This document shows, in pieces, positions 1 to 14,814 of a stretch of DNA of 64,000 nt; position 1 is the stretch's first letter, and the number at the start of each line of letters is the position of its first letter. The notes under the pieces are model-generated. The model saw only the letters and a program-made list of their open reading frames with translations, was not told where the DNA came from and made no database searches. The position numbers and the translations under genes were made by a program. Source of the stretch: the human T2T-CHM13v2.0 reference genome, Homo sapiens; the NCBI RefSeq assembly GCF_009914755.1, contig NC_060931.1. The stretch is one strand, 5' to 3'.

Positions 1-395
1 TCTTCACGCTTCATTTCATTCATTTTATCTTCCATCGCTGATACCCTTTCTTCCAGTTGATCACATTGGTTACTGAGGCTTGTGCATTCGTCAGGTAGTT
101 CTCCTGCCGTGGTTTTCAGCACCATCAGGTCCTTTAAGGACTTCTCTGCATTGGTTATTCTAGTTATCAATTCGTCTAATTTTTTTTCAAAGTTTTTAAC
201 TTCTTTGCCATTGGTTCAAATTTCCTCCTTTAGCTCGGAGTAGTTTGATCTTCTGAAGCTTTCCTCTCTTAACTCGTCAAAGTCATTCTCCATCCAGCTT
301 TGTTCCCTTGCTGGTGAGGAGCTGCGTTCCTTTGGAGGAGGAGAGGCGCTCTGATTTTTAGAGTTTCTGGTTTTTCTGCTCTGTTTTTTCCCCAT
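1..395 (-). pseudogene. L1 ORF1p N-terminus/coiled coil, disrupted by a premature TGA at 216-218 (codon 60)
   Basis: Hand translation: MGKKQSRKTRNSKNQSASPPPKERSSSPAREQSWMENDFDELREESFRRSNYSELKEEI*TNGKEVKNFEKKLDELITRITNAEKSLKDLM... Confidence 0.9.
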
Positions 396-970
396 CTTTG
401 TGGTTTTATCTACCTTTGGTCTTTGATGATGGTGACGTACAGATGGGTTTTTGGTGTGGATATCCTTTCTGTTTGTTAGTTTTCCTTCTAACAGTCAGGA
501 CCCTCAGCTGCAGGTCTGTTGGAGTTTACTGGAGGTCCATTCCAGACCCTGTTTGCCTGGGTATCAGCAGTGGTGGCTGCAGAACATCGGATATTGGTGA
601 ACCACAAATGCTGCTGCCTGATCATTCCTCTGGAAGCTTTGTCTCAGAGGAGTACCCGGCTGTGTGAGGTGTCAGTCTGCCCCTACTGGGGGGTGCCTCC
701 CAGTTAGGCTACTTCAGGGTCAGGGACCCACTTGAGGAGGCAGTCTGCCCGTTCTCAGATCTCAAGATGAGTGCTGGGAGAACCACTACTCTCTTCAAAG
801 CTGTCAGACAGGGACATTTAAGTCTGCAGAGGTTATTGCTGTCTTTTGTTTGTCTGTGCCCTGCCCCCAGAGGTGGAGCCTACAGAGGCAGGCAGGCCTC
901 CTTGAGCTGTGGTGGGCTCTACCAAGTTCGAGCTTCCCGGCTGCTTTGTTTACCTACTCAAGCCTGAGCA

Positions 971-1381
971 ATGGTGGGCGCCCCTCCCCCAGCCTCACTG
1001 CCAACTTGCAGTTTGATCTCAGACTGCTGTGCTAGCAATGAGTGAGGCTCCATGGGCGTAGGACCCTCTGAGCCAGGTGCGGGACATAATTGGGTGTGCC
1101 GTTTGTTAAGCCCATTGGAAAAGCGCAGTATTAGGGTGGGAGTGACCCGATTTTCCAGGTGCCGTCTGTCACCCCTTTCTTTGACTAGGAAAGGGAATTG
1201 CCTGACCCCTCGTGCTTCCCGGGTTAGGCGATGCCTTGCCCTGCTTCGGCTCACGCACGGTGGGCTGCACCCACTGTCCTGCACCCACTGTCCGGCACTC
1301 CCCAGTGAGATGAACCTGGTACCTCAGTTGGAAATGCAGAATTCCACCAGTCTTCTGCGTTGCTCATGCTGGGAGCTGTAG
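971..1381 (+). other. L1 antisense ORF0 remnant: ATG 971, stop 1043-1045, in-frame restart at ATG 1052 (109 aa)
   Basis: MVGAPPPASLPTCSLISDCCASNE* then MGVGPSEPG...EKRSIRVGVTRFSRC matches the ORF0 peptide as I recall it (MAGAPPPASLPPCSLISDCCASNQRDSVGVGPSEPG...). Confidence 0.8.
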
Positions 1382-1400
1382 ACTGGAGCTGTTCCTATTT

Positions 1401-1410
1401 GGCCATCTTG
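1401..1410 (-). promoter_or_regulatory. YY1 site of the L1 sense promoter
   Basis: CAAGATGGCC is intact at L1 position ~+12 to +21. Confidence 0.8.
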
Positions 1411-1669
1411 GCTCCACCCCCAACTTTTTTTTTTTAAATTTAAACTTCTGTATCTATTTAGTAAGTATATTTCAAGTTATTTATTCTCCTTGTCTTGAAC
1501 ATATAGATTGTTTTGCTTTTCTATTATAATTATCCTGTAATAGAGTTTCAAAAATGTCTACTATTACACATGTGGAGAAGTTTCTCAAGGTTATATACTA
1601 ATTGTGAAGAGCTTGTTCTTGAGATAATTATACTCTAATACAGCTAAACATATAGATGAGTATTTTTAA

Positions 1670-1991
<322 letters not shown>

Positions 1992-2403
1992 AGAAACTTT
2001 AAAAGAAGTAGTAACTTGTGGTAATAACGTTCATCTCAATCCACTAAAATCCAACTTCATTGGATATTGCCAAATCACTTTCCAAGGTGAGTGTTTATGC
2101 CAACATATATGTAATGTAAAAGTATATGAGCTTCTGAAACAAACAATAAATGTATTTTCAACTTCATCTTCTTTGCACAGGAGTTCTTTTGACTAGGAAA
2201 GCCAGGTTAGTAAAGACAGCAAGTTGTGTGGTCTTACATGCTTTCCATTCTCAACTAAACTGTTACATTCTTGTTTCTTCTGTCTTGAGAATTACTTAAG
2301 TGTCTTTATGTACTCAAATAAATATACCTGAAAATTTCTCAATTATTAATCTTGCATTTCATCTACAGTAAAAGCTTGGACATGATCTAGTACCTAAGAA
2401 CTC

Positions 2404-2770
2404 TGCTATGGTCTGAATTTTTGTGTTCCCTCTTTCCTCAATTTAAGCATTGAAATCCTAACTCCCAAGATGATGGTGTCAGAAAATGGGGCCTTTTGGA
2501 AGTTGATTAGGTTATAAGAGTGGAACCCTGATGAGTGGGATCATTGCCTGTGTAGAACAGGCCAAAGAGAACTCATTCACCCCTTCCACTATGTGAGGAC
2601 ACACAAGAAGGCATCGTCTATGAATCAGAAAGTGGCCCTAACTAGACGCAGAATCTGCCAGTACCTAGATCGTGAACTTCTCTGGCTTCAGAACTGTGAG
2701 AAATACATTTCTGTGGTTTATGAGCCACCCAGTTTACTGTATTTTTGTAGTAGCCCAAAAGAAGTAATAA
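2404..2770 (+). mobile_element. MaLR solo LTR (MLT1A/MST-type)
   Basis: Starts TGCTATGGTCTGAAT, has internal tgtgaggacaca...agaaggc, and ends cagaactgtgagaaatacatttctg...agccacccagt. Confidence 0.8.
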
Positions 2771-3384
2771 TTTTTAGGTGTTTTATGTGAAAATTATTTG
2801 TTCTTTTAAAGACTATTACTGTAAACTTATGTTACAAGCTTGTCAGTGACAGTTCTCAACACGGTTTCTCTCTTTATTATTTGAGTACCACATTTGTAGG
2901 ACATTATATTATTTATTTGCACATATAAAATATTCTTCACGTGTGCACCAAATTGGCAAGAAATATGTGTCTGTAAAATAAATTTTAAAAATGTTTTTAT
3001 GAAGCAAAATTAAAGACAAAATCCATACCTTACTCTTTAATAAATTATACTCCAATACAGCTAAACATGTAGATGAGTATTTTTAAGTAATCAGATGGCA
3101 ATTGAGAACTTTAAAAGAAGTAGTTATTTGTGGTAATAACATTTATCTCAATCCACTAAAACCTAAATTAAATCACAATAAAGCTTAGCAATATAATGGT
3201 ATCAAATTGGGTGGGACACATTCTTTTCTTTCATAAATGAAATTACTGCATACTTACAGTGTAAAATACATCTACTGAACATTTCAGAAAATATTGCATC
3301 TTATATTTTCTTTAGTCCTATTTTATATATAAAATTTACTGTATTTGGGGTTTGAAAACAAAATTTGCACACAAACCAGTAGTT

Positions 3385-6300
3385 TTTATAATCATAGAAC
3401 AGTCATGTTTGCATTTTATTATAATACAACCAAAATATACATTTAACAATTTTTAATTATTTCATACTACAAGACTACATTTCTTTTAAAATAGCAGAAT
3501 TATAAATTCAAAATTGATTGCTAACCACTCACAATACCAGAATTAAATTACATGATTAACTAGGGCATCTGACACATTTTGCCCTTTCCCAAAAATCATC
3601 TATCTCAAACCCTTTCCATAAATACTTTATACTATAAAATATTTAAATGAGAGGTATAAGTCATGTGTATGATCCTGTCTTTGCACTCCTAATGTATGGA
3701 ATCTGGGAATCGATTTTATTTTACCTGACTTGTAAGATGAATTATTTAAAATTGTGATCATTTACTATGATAAAAATACATCTCCTATAAAAACACTTCA
3801 AATATCTTTTTTTTTTTTTGGTTTGTTTCTAAATTATCCATTCCCAATAAGGTTAACCAATTCCAAAATGTTTTCTAAGAAAAATGTGACATTCTAAAGG
3901 GAGGCTATTTCAGTTTTGATTTCCATTTGTATTATATAAATAAATATGAAATACAACATTTAAGTTTAAGAAAATCAGTATTTAATGAATGCTCTTATTA
4001 TTTTTTGGACAGCTGAATGATATCAAGTTGTTCTTGGAAATTCAATTATGATAATGAAAACAAGTGACTACTAATAACTTATTGTTTAGCTGAGTCTGTA
4101 AAATTCAGCAGGAACAAAACATACTAGAATATGAAGAACCAAAATATGAACCAAAAGCAAAATTCAAGAGTAAGACCATTTTGTAGCCAGCATATTGTAA
4201 AGAGCATTATTTTAGCCAACAGAATGATGAGACTTTATGAATTTTAATTCTTCCACTACTGTTGTGGCTTTTGCAAATTACTAAATTTCTCTGTGACTAC
4301 TTTTCCATTTCTTAAGTAATTTGGTTGGTTTCCAAAAGTCAATAATGTGGATGTAGTGTTTTGAGCTCTTTGGAAAAAAGGACTCTACATAAATTAATTA
4401 GACAATTCATTTCTAAATAAAATCTCAAAATTTACAATAAGTTGAATGTAAATGAATGCAGACATGCGGGATTCTATTTAGCAGCATAAATTGCTGAAAT
4501 GAAATTCAGAAAAGAACACACAAGGCAGACAAAGACAAAAGTATTAGAGACAAGAAAAATACGAAAACATGAGTAAACAGGCATTTTAAGATCCCCTCCG
4601 CAGAGTCAATTTCTTAGCATATTTGAAACCATTAACTATACTTTTCTTTTTCATTATTTTAAGGCAAATTTGATAAAATAGTCAGTGGTGAGGAAGTATA
4701 TAGTGTGTTTGTGGATTTAATATATTCATACTCTTTCTCTAAATGTTCTAGACAACTAAAAAGCTAAGAAAAAAACACATTTTAGATATTCTTTATCTTT
4801 AAAAATACATATAAATATGTGTACTCTATGTTGTTTTTTATTGTGTGAAATTTTATTTTACTAATAATATTTTTAATATATTTTAACTAATTATCATAAA
4901 TCAAGAGTATTGTATCCAAAGCAGCCAGAATATTAGATGTGGTCATAAAATAAGTTTCCAAATTTTGTCTGAATAACTAGGATTAGAAAGAAGTAACTAA
5001 AAAATGGTTTGGACATTCAAATTTGGATAGAAATAAAATTTATTTTCATAAGTCAATCCTAACACTTGAGCTTCATGTAAATTTTCCAAAGTCATTCATA
5101 TTTTGATCATTACTGTCGGACCCACAAATATTTGGAAATTTTTTTTAAATTAAAAATGTTCCCACTTAATTGCTTTGAGCTCGCTATGAGTTCCTGGAAT
5201 ATTTTGTCCAAGCAAATCTATAATTACAAACACTGTTGTTACGCTATTCAATTAGAAGTCTGATCATGCCACACTGTTCTTCTGAATTACTTTTTAAATG
5301 AGTGATTTGTTCTGGTTCACTTTTATTAAAATTATTCCTTAGCTGTTCCTTATAGTGAAACACCTACAAATATTCATCAGTATAATATCAAAAGGGAGTA
5401 CTCAATCTCATATATCAGTTTGACTACTTTGAGATAGGTAAGCAATGCAAATAAAATAAAAATAACAGAGAGAGAATGCTCTCAACATAGAGCCACAGAT
5501 CTTGCATTAAGTTGCCCTCTAATCACAGGGTTTTCTCACAGACTTTTCTTTCAAGATATGTAGAATGCATGAGAAACGAGCAATGTCTGTTATTTTCTGA
5601 AAAGCTGCCTTCCATGTGAGGAAGTGACTAATTTTTCATTTCACACTATAAAGGGCGTGAAAAGGCAAAACAGAAGAAGGCTAAGGGTTCTGTGTTACAA
5701 GAAGGAAAGGTGAGTTCTGCTTAAACAGACAGGAAACACACCATGCATATTCAGAGGGAAAGTCAAATTGAAAACATTTGAAAGTACTAACAAAATATGA
5801 AAGATGTTTATGTTAATATTGTGAGTTTGGTTCTTTTTACATGTAGCAGGCTTATTTATTGTTAAATTACAAAAACAATACTACAATTACAACAGATTAA
5901 CTCAGCAATGAGAAAAGGTTGAGTGAAGATGTCAAAGAGTTAATTTAACCCTTTCCGTTGTTAAAATTTTACACTCGTTCTGTTATTCAACAAATATATA
6001 TCCCCACTCCCCAGAAATGTCATTTTCTTAATTCTCTGTGTGTTATATATTGTTTTCTCCTATTCACTCAAATATAATCACAAAATCCAATATACAGGAG
6101 AGAATAAAGGCAGTAAAAAGAAATAATATACAGAGTATGATAAATATTTTTTAAAAGAGAGAAAATATATACTGAAATATCATTGGTTATAAATAAAATG
6201 TCTACTCTTCCTATGATTCTTCAGAAGAATTTATGTTTCCTCAGATTTTGCTAGCAGTTTGTTATAATCTAGATTTTTTTTAACAGATGAATTACAAATT

Positions 6301-7269
6301 GGCAGCTACTTATACCCTAGTGAAAAGAGCTCCATTACATTACTCTCACTTTATTTGTGATTGTTCTTCCTTTTCATGGGGATATGAGTTTTCCCCAAAG
6401 CCAGAATTTATGGCTGTCTTTCCTTCTGTCTTCTAACAAATCCCATCTGCATGCCTTCCCATCAGGATGCATTATACATCATTATGTTTTCCTTGTTTTA
6501 TTAAAATATTTTCCCATATCTTATTAAAGTATTTATTAAGCATTCTGTCCCTGTAGAGCTTAGTATATACTCTAAAAAACACATAACTAAGCACCAACTT
6601 CTCTCTGTGAACCTGTTACTCCTGACTAGTCAATAGAAATCCTGGGGGAAACATTAGTGCCCTTCAGTAAATCAATGTTGTAGTACACTAAATTTAACCC
6701 CAGTGGCCAGAAAGAAATAATGCACCTCTCCAAATTCCTATACCATTCTCCAGGAGTGAATGGCTCACTGAGAAAGTTCCTGTTGATAATGGGAGTTGTC
6801 TTAATTTGTGTCTGACCTCTTATTCCCTACCACAAGGTAGCTGGTTCTCAATAGGAATGATATATCTGTTCATAAGAACATAGCACAACTGCATGGTAAA
6901 TTCCATGCTTAATGGACATTCGAGGGAATAAAGCACCTTATACACTATCAAATTCGGGGCTTGCTTAGCTCAACTATTTACATGACAATAAATTCCAAAA
7001 CTCAAAACATAAAACATTTACAACTGTAAACCCCCTATTTTTAGGATAATTCTTATACTTTGCTTGTGCAAGATTTGTTCTTGGAAAACTGGTTCAAATG
7101 AATTTTTTGCCCTTTCTTATATTCATCACATATTGTCTTATTCAGATTATTGTCTTGTGCCTTAGCAAAACTCCATGGGAAGCATTTATGAATTACTATA
7201 AGGGATATACAAAACAGAAGGCAATGTTTTTATAGGTAAGGAATTCTTTTCTTTAAATTAAGTAGAAAA
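3385..7269 (-). other. SEMA3D: SEMA3D 3'UTR (long, AU-rich, no recognisable interspersed repeats)
   Basis: Lies downstream of the TAG at 7270-7272. The 3' end is inferred from the polyA signal. Confidence 0.65.
3415..3420 (-). terminator. Likely distal SEMA3D polyadenylation signal (cleavage ~3385-3395)
   Basis: AATAAA on the minus strand is followed ~35 nt later by a GU/U-rich tract (TGGTTTGTGTG...TTTTGTTTT). The implied ~3.9 kb UTR fits my recollection of the mRNA. Confidence 0.6.
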
Positions 7270-7725
<456 letters not shown>

Positions 7726-10700
7726 TTAAACACAGAGAGAGCTAAGAGCAAATGAAAACAGGCTACATAGTTTTACTTAGATGAATATGAAAGACATATT
7801 CATTGTCTCTCTGTCTCTGTCATCAAGCATAATATTGTCAGCCATAGTTAAAAAGAGTAAAAAAATTCAACAAAAGTAATAGCCCCCAAACTATATCCTT
7901 AATTTTTCACATTTGAATCTTAGTAAGTCTAACTGAACCTTTGGAATGCAGTTATTTTTTTTCTCTCAATATGCAGATAGGAATGAAAAACTGTGAAAAG
8001 TAATGAAAAACTGGAAACCATCAAGTGGCCTTCTTTACAGAGATTTCATATACAAATTACTGTATCAAGATCATAAATTAGCACCTGAAATGTGGAGCAA
8101 GAATGCAACATTTACAATTGTATAGAACACATTGTATAGAAAACGAGCTTCAGTACATGCTACTACCTATAATGTAGAATAGAACAATAATTCCAAGTGG
8201 AATTTACTGCTTTCCAGATATCACCAAATACGTTCTGTGAGTAGCATATGAAAGCCATAAATGATGACGTCTTTAAAGTCAAAGCCAAAGGTACGGGTAT
8301 AGTCTTTTGGACGTTAGAGCTGTAATTGAGTAGGACCCTAGTCAGAAGATTAGCAACATTGAAAGCTGAATTTCTCTCTTTGCTGTGGATTGAATTTTCA
8401 TACTGTATATATATGTGATACTTTATACTGTCATTTGTGGAAATATTTGCCATGCCTTTGTATGCTATGACATGGTAATGTGATTTCAAGTGTGAGAAAG
8501 CACAATGAACACAAAGAACTTCTACTGAAATGTGATGCTCTCCAGCCTTTGAAGCATTATTACTAAAAGACAATTCTAACATTAAGCTTGACTGGCTCAT
8601 GATATGGTGTGAATAATGAACCTATCTTCAGTAAAACTAGAGGCATGTTTACCCACAAAAGAGCCCTGCTTAATGTGGAGTATTGTTGAGTGGTTCAGCA
8701 TTAAGTGGAATAACAACAACAACAGCAACAAAGAAGTTCTGGAAGATTTCCCAGTTTACACATCTGCCCCTGTATTGTAGACTTTTAGATGATGGAAATC
8801 AAGGAGGCATAAAGATGGCTAAATTAAATTTATTCACAGTGGGTGGATTGTACTCTGCATCTTTATGTGAAAAATATGTAGGAAAAAATCTCCCCAATTC
8901 TGGAAATATGAGAAAAGGAAAAGAAACATCTCTGGCTACCAGCCCAGTTAACTAACAAGTATATGGCAAGCCACCCTCTGTGCCAGAGAAGTGCAGCTGG
9001 CGGGGAACCATTTGAGGCCAAAGGCAGGTTACAGCTCAGATCCCTGGTTAATGAGGCTGAATGGTCTCCAGGCCTGCCTTTGCTCTGCACTGAATCCACA
9101 CCATCAGAGTTTTGTTTGTTTGTTTCTCTTATGTTGCCTATTTGGTAAGCTGGATGTGGTATTCTTTTTCTTATGGATTTATTCTTAAAGCCCAGACATT
9201 TAGAAATGCTATTGTAATACAAACTAACTTTGAATTAATTTACATTCTCAGAAACCATAGAAGTCTCATGCCTAAAATAAATGTGAATTTGAATTGGGAG
9301 AGTTCTAAATGGCCAATCTTAAACATAACTGACAATCTCAAATTTAATACACTACGTATAATTGTTTTTTTCCCTTAGATAATTTCATTGTAATTTTTTA
9401 AAATTTAATACACTTTAGGTCTCAAAATGCTAGCTTCATAACCTAACCTTCTGGTCTCTACTCTGTTTCCTATGATGACTCATTTTTCTTCCCCCATTGG
9501 TCTCCCATCTATCAAGTTGGTGGCACAGCATATGGTGTGTTTGGGGGATTAAAAGCAAAGCTCTTTGAAGGTTAAAATGTGAAGTATTATTAGCAACATT
9601 ACATACTACTGCCATGCTGCTTGAGAGGTAATATTTTGAAGCCTTTATTACTGTAATTCTCTTAATAGAAAATGGCCTGAGGTTATTAGCATGACAATCA
9701 AAGTGGATATCTCCACTTCTAGTTCATCTCTAGATTTCCTTTACATAACTGGTACTCTTGCTTATGTTTAAATTACATTTAATGTGGCTTTTAGAGATTA
9801 TCACAGCTCTGACTAGGACTTTTTATTGTTCTCTTTAATCTTCTGACAGGAAGAAATTATGACTTGATCTCACCCATATTGTGTAACACTTCATCATTAC
9901 TTTTGCTATTATCTTTTTGTATCCTGTTTATGTTGTTGTACTTTGAGGTCTGGTTCCCTTCCATCCTTTCCCCTCTAGTTCTGTCCCCACAGGACTCAGG
10001 ATTCCATAAACACCTGGCATTCCATTACACGGTCATGATCTTTCAACTTTCTTTTCTTCCGTGGAGTGCTGGATTTGTTCTGTGGTTTTTGACCTACAGA
10101 TATCATACTTGATTTAATAAATTTTCAGCTTTCTAGGTCTAACTAATGTCTGTTAGATCATTTAACTATTATTTTTCTTGCTAAAATTTCAATAATATGC
10201 TTTCAGTAAACTGGCAGCTCTAATAAAAGACATTTTGAATAGATATATTTACAGAGAATTTTTGCAATTTAGAGATAAAAATCTGTGACCCAGAAACTAA
10301 GTAGTTGATTAACATTTGCCTACTTTCCAGTCTCTTTCTCTGTAATGCTTTCATTCTTTGCTGAAATAGGATGCATTATGCAGACTGTATCTCAACAGTG
10401 AAATGTCAGCACAGTCAATTTAGAAAATTCAGCTCCTCAACAAAGAGATAATGTAATCTCTGGCCATTGATTTAAACTCTTGGAATTTTCTCCACTCTAG
10501 AAGTGATAAGTAAAAACTGCTCAACTTTACAAATTAAAACCACGTTTGAGCTGGGGTCAACTATCCATTTGCCTAATGTGAACAAGGATAATATAACTGG
10601 CATTATTAAATGTAGATCTTCAGTGAAGGGCAATTCATCTAACATGAGAAGAGTAACATGGAAGGGACAAAGGACATTTAAGTATTAAGCAGCAGGTAAA

Positions 10701-11129
10701 GGTCAGGGACTTTATCTCTTATAATAGCAGCCTAATAGTAGTTCTTTTACAGATAATTCACCTGTCAGTTCTTTCATAGTAAAACCACTGCACGTGCCTT
10801 GGAAGAGATCAGGGCTTCAAAAATATCCCCTTTCTCTAACAAACACAAAATATTACTAGAGGGAAATTAGGATTAAAAAATAAAGAAAGCTCCTTGTGTG
10901 AGAAAACAAATGTCTGCAAAACTGTTGCAAAAATTTTTCTGTATTTAAGAAATAGACTGAAAAGTTTTCTTATTTAATTTGGAAGAAAGGAAAATGAACT
11001 GGAATGGAATCATTTGTATACATGTTTTTAAATTTATCAGAGTTTACTTACATGACACTGTATATCATCCATCTATTATACCACAAAACCGACAATTAAT
11101 ATTTTAAGTAAACATTAGAAAAGGGAAAA

Positions 11130-12030
11130 CTTACTAAAGGGGATGCTGGAGCAATGAGCTCGTTATTAAAAAGAAAAAATCAAATATACACATACCTAAA
11201 TAACTACTAGATTAATTTACTATCTTTGGGTACATGTAAATACAATATGCAAAATGTAAAAAAATCATAAAATAACTAGAAAAATATATAATTGCTGTCT
11301 CATTGGGGAAGGAGTCTTTAAGCATAACAGGTGAGATATCACAGAGCCATAAATCAACAGATTTGCCTATATAAAACATAAAATGTGTCAGAAAGTCAGA
11401 AATTGTCAGAAACAAAATAAATGTAAAATAAAATAAATGTATATGTATAACATTAAATTATTAATATCTGTAATATATAAATGACATTACAATTATTATT
11501 AAATAAACATGCCAATATAAAGTAAGCAATGACAGACAAGACAATTCACCAAATACAACCGAAGCCAACAACCAAGACACATAAGAAGGTAAGTTCACAT
11601 TCACTAATATTCAAAGAAGTAGATATTAATGCAATACATTTTTTCATATTAAACTGATAAAGATTTTCTTAAATTGTGAACCATAATTTTGCCTCAGGGA
11701 TTCATAACAGACACTAATACAGTGATTTTTATGTGAAATTAGCAATACGCTGTTGTTTATCAAAATCCATAAAGATAACAAATGTCTTTAACTTATTTAT
11801 TTTACTTCTAAGATTTTTTTCCTAAGAAAATAGTTAGAAAGCAGAGAAAGACTCAGATATAACAAAGTTCATTATTATTATTTTAAGCAGGAACATGATC
11901 TAGTGAGAGAACACCTGGAATACCTATGGATAACTACGGCATCAGGGTAGGATGCGTGGGAGACAGAAAAAACATGGAAGTGACATTAAATGATAATGGA
12001 AAATGCTCACAGTGCAATGGTGAGTGAAAA
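11130..12030 (+). mobile_element. Ancient L1M (L1ME-like) fragment
   Basis: Degenerate L1 ORF2-end/3'UTR motifs (taaatcaacagatttgcctatataaaa; ttcacattcactaatattcaaagaa). Boundaries are approximate. Confidence 0.55.
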
Positions 12031-13463
12031 AAAAGCTGGAATAGACATCAAAATATTATTTATGCTTATCTACACTTAGTGGCCTCATAGTTCTTTTATG
12101 TGTTACTGTAATTTTAAAATCATTTATATTGCTTTTAGAATAAAAAGAACAAAAATAAAATAAGGCTTACAAGTGGAATAATGCAAGTATTTGAAGATTT
12201 TTTAAAATGTTATTAAAATGCACAGAGAAAATATAGTATGGCCTTGTTTACTTATTCAGATCCCAAAAGTTCAACAGAAGCCTGGGGACTGCCAATTGAC
12301 TTGCTAGTTATAGCATAAACATCATCAATTTTAAGAACAGTTTTATAAGAAAGTCAGCAGATAACTGACTCATGACCTCCCGTACAGCACCCAACTGTGA
12401 AACAGCTCAGTAAGGAAATGTTCTCCTCCTGGCAGAGAATAACCTGGTGACAGCCTCTGTGCCACAGGAGATCATGGTCCCTCCCGCAGGCTGTTTTTGA
12501 GTGGAGGAAAGATTCCAAACTGTGACCTTATGGGTAAGAAGCAGAAGGCATCCTGCTGGGAAAAATGCTTCAAGTATAATCTGGATATTGCCCTTTTCCT
12601 CAGCTCAGGAAGCAGTATTGCATACCCTGGACAATGTGAAACTCTCTATTTACAAAGATAAATGAAAATACCAGTTGAAATATTACAGCAAAGATACTTC
12701 TTTTAAGTAAAATTCGATAAGTATTTCTGCTCCATTGAAATTCATGGAGCATGGTACCATTATGAATATATAATATACTTTTAAAAGGTAAATTAAAGTA
12801 ATGCACAGAATTTTCAAGAAAATGAAAGATGTGAGTGCAAACAACCACAGGCAAATGTAAGTATCTAGAGCTGAGAGCTGAACTCAAGCAGAGGACCACA
12901 TATTTTTAAAAATCAGATTAAATTTCCCATGAAGAAAAAAGCCATTTATTAAAGAATTATATTTAACTGAAAAGCAATTATCCAACTTTATTCGCTATGA
13001 AATTCAAAATATTGGTTTGTGACACTTAAGATTAAAACATTGCAATGTAACAAAAAATCTGCAAGTTAAAAAATTTCAGTATCATTCTTTCAATATTTCT
13101 TGGATAGTAAATAAATGCCTTATATTTTGAAATTAAATAATCATTTCTGTATCAAATAATATTTCAATATATAGGTAAAAAATGGGACCCTTAAAATAAA
13201 TATTCAGTGTAACTATGAATCTGCCATAATCTTAGGACTTATAGAAGTCAGGAATGATGACGAATCTAGTTTTATTGGCGAAATTTGACTTAACAAAGCA
13301 TGAAATTATTCCTTTATTTTTGTATTAAGTATGTAAAGAGTTAACATTTAGAAAAAGTTATTCTTGTAGCTGTCAGATGAAGAGAATTATATTAAATTCT
13401 TCATGTAACAGTAGAGCTATATCTTTAAATTAATTTCTTATGATAAAATTTGATTTTTTTACT

Positions 13464-13695
13464 TGAAGGTTTCTTAACCTCTCAGCAGCATTCACGTTTG
13501 GAGTGAGATTTTTCTTTTACTGTGAGGGACTGTGCATTGTAGGATTTTTAGAATCATCTCTGACCTCTACCCAGTACACACCAGGGGCACCCACTTGGCC
13601 ACCCACCCACCCAGCTGTGATGTTCAAAAATGTCTCCAGACATCGCCCAATATTGGCACTCTGGAAACAAAATTACTGGAGGTTGAGATCCACTG
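13464..13695. mobile_element. MER20 (hAT-Charlie)
   Basis: gtgcattgtaggatttttag...ctctgacctctacccagta...aaaaatgtctccagacatcgcc...ggttgagatccactg. Confidence 0.85.
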
Positions 13696-14580
13696 TTATG
13701 TACTAATGTTTGACTTAATTACATGTACTATTTTAAATGTTTATAGACTTTTCAATAAGGCTGATATTTTAGAGAAATTTGATTTATTTACATAAGAGAG
13801 AAACTCAGTTCTAGAGAAGTTATGATCTGCTCATGAATTCTCAGGAGTCAAGCCAAAGGTAGAACCAGTATTTTCCAAACACATGATTAGTACCCTTTCC
13901 TGATCCACATGTAAAATACCCTCACTAATAGGGTATCTGTAATTTTATATGCATATTTTACAGTTGTAAGAGCCTCTTTTTTGAAATTCTACATTCTCAT
14001 ATGCATTTTGCACTTAATTTTATAGTAACTTTTGAATTTATTTTGTTCACTTAGAAAATTGGGGGCTCAGGAACATTACCAAAGGTTTAAGGACCATGTT
14101 TCAACTCAAGATATGCAGTTCTGAATCCTGTGTTCATTCCATTATTCATTATAGTGTCCTTAGTTTAACATGTCTGGATACTTATCTAATTTGCTCATAT
14201 AATTTGATAAACATAGATATTTCTGTTTTAATATAACCCTCAAAATGTTTCATTTCATGATCTAAATTAAACACAATGTGAACTAAAATGTAGTCACTGT
14301 GCTACTGTGGGAAGAAAAATACGGTGTTCTTGTTATTAGTCAGGGATTTGTTCCTAAATATAGGCAATCTATGAAATATGGAATTTGGAAAAAAAATGTA
14401 AATTTCTTTAAAAAAATCAGTCTGCTTTCAAATATATTTTACGAATACATTTGTGTGAAGTTGGCCTATTCTTATCTCAAAGCTATTGTTACCTTTGGTG
14501 TTAGTGAGTAAAACCTGTTATTTTTTTTAATCAAATAATGATGAGAGTAGCATACAGAATTAAAAGTTGAACATCTCTCA

Positions 14581-14814
<234 letters not shown>

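Larger units (their letters stand above)
1..1421 (-). mobile_element. LINE-1 (L1PA4-like, PA3-PA5 range): complete 5'UTR and start of ORF1; continues beyond the window start
   Basis: The minus strand starts GGGGGTGGAGCCAAGATGGCCAAATAGGAACAGCTCC at 1421 (canonical L1 5' end). The ORF1 ATG is at 395, giving a ~1026-nt 5'UTR. It keeps the ~129-bp segment (~524-651) that L1PA2/L1HS lack. Confidence 0.95.

Noticed and set aside
1-1421. Retrotransposition-competent L1
   Set aside because: ORF1 has a stop at codon 60 and the 5'UTR shows many CpG decays. The remainder lies outside the window.
3700-6540. Multiple proximal AATAAA hexamers in the 3'UTR (e.g. 3715, 5039, 5855, 6350, 6497, 6532)
   Set aside because: Expected by chance at this AT content. 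Alternative polyadenylation cannot be supported without 3'-end sequencing.
8163-8600. 145-aa minus-strand ORF in the last SEMA3D intron
   Set aside because: No recognisable domain, and it is not needed for the SEMA3D reading frame. An ORF of this length can occur by chance in 64 kb across six frames.
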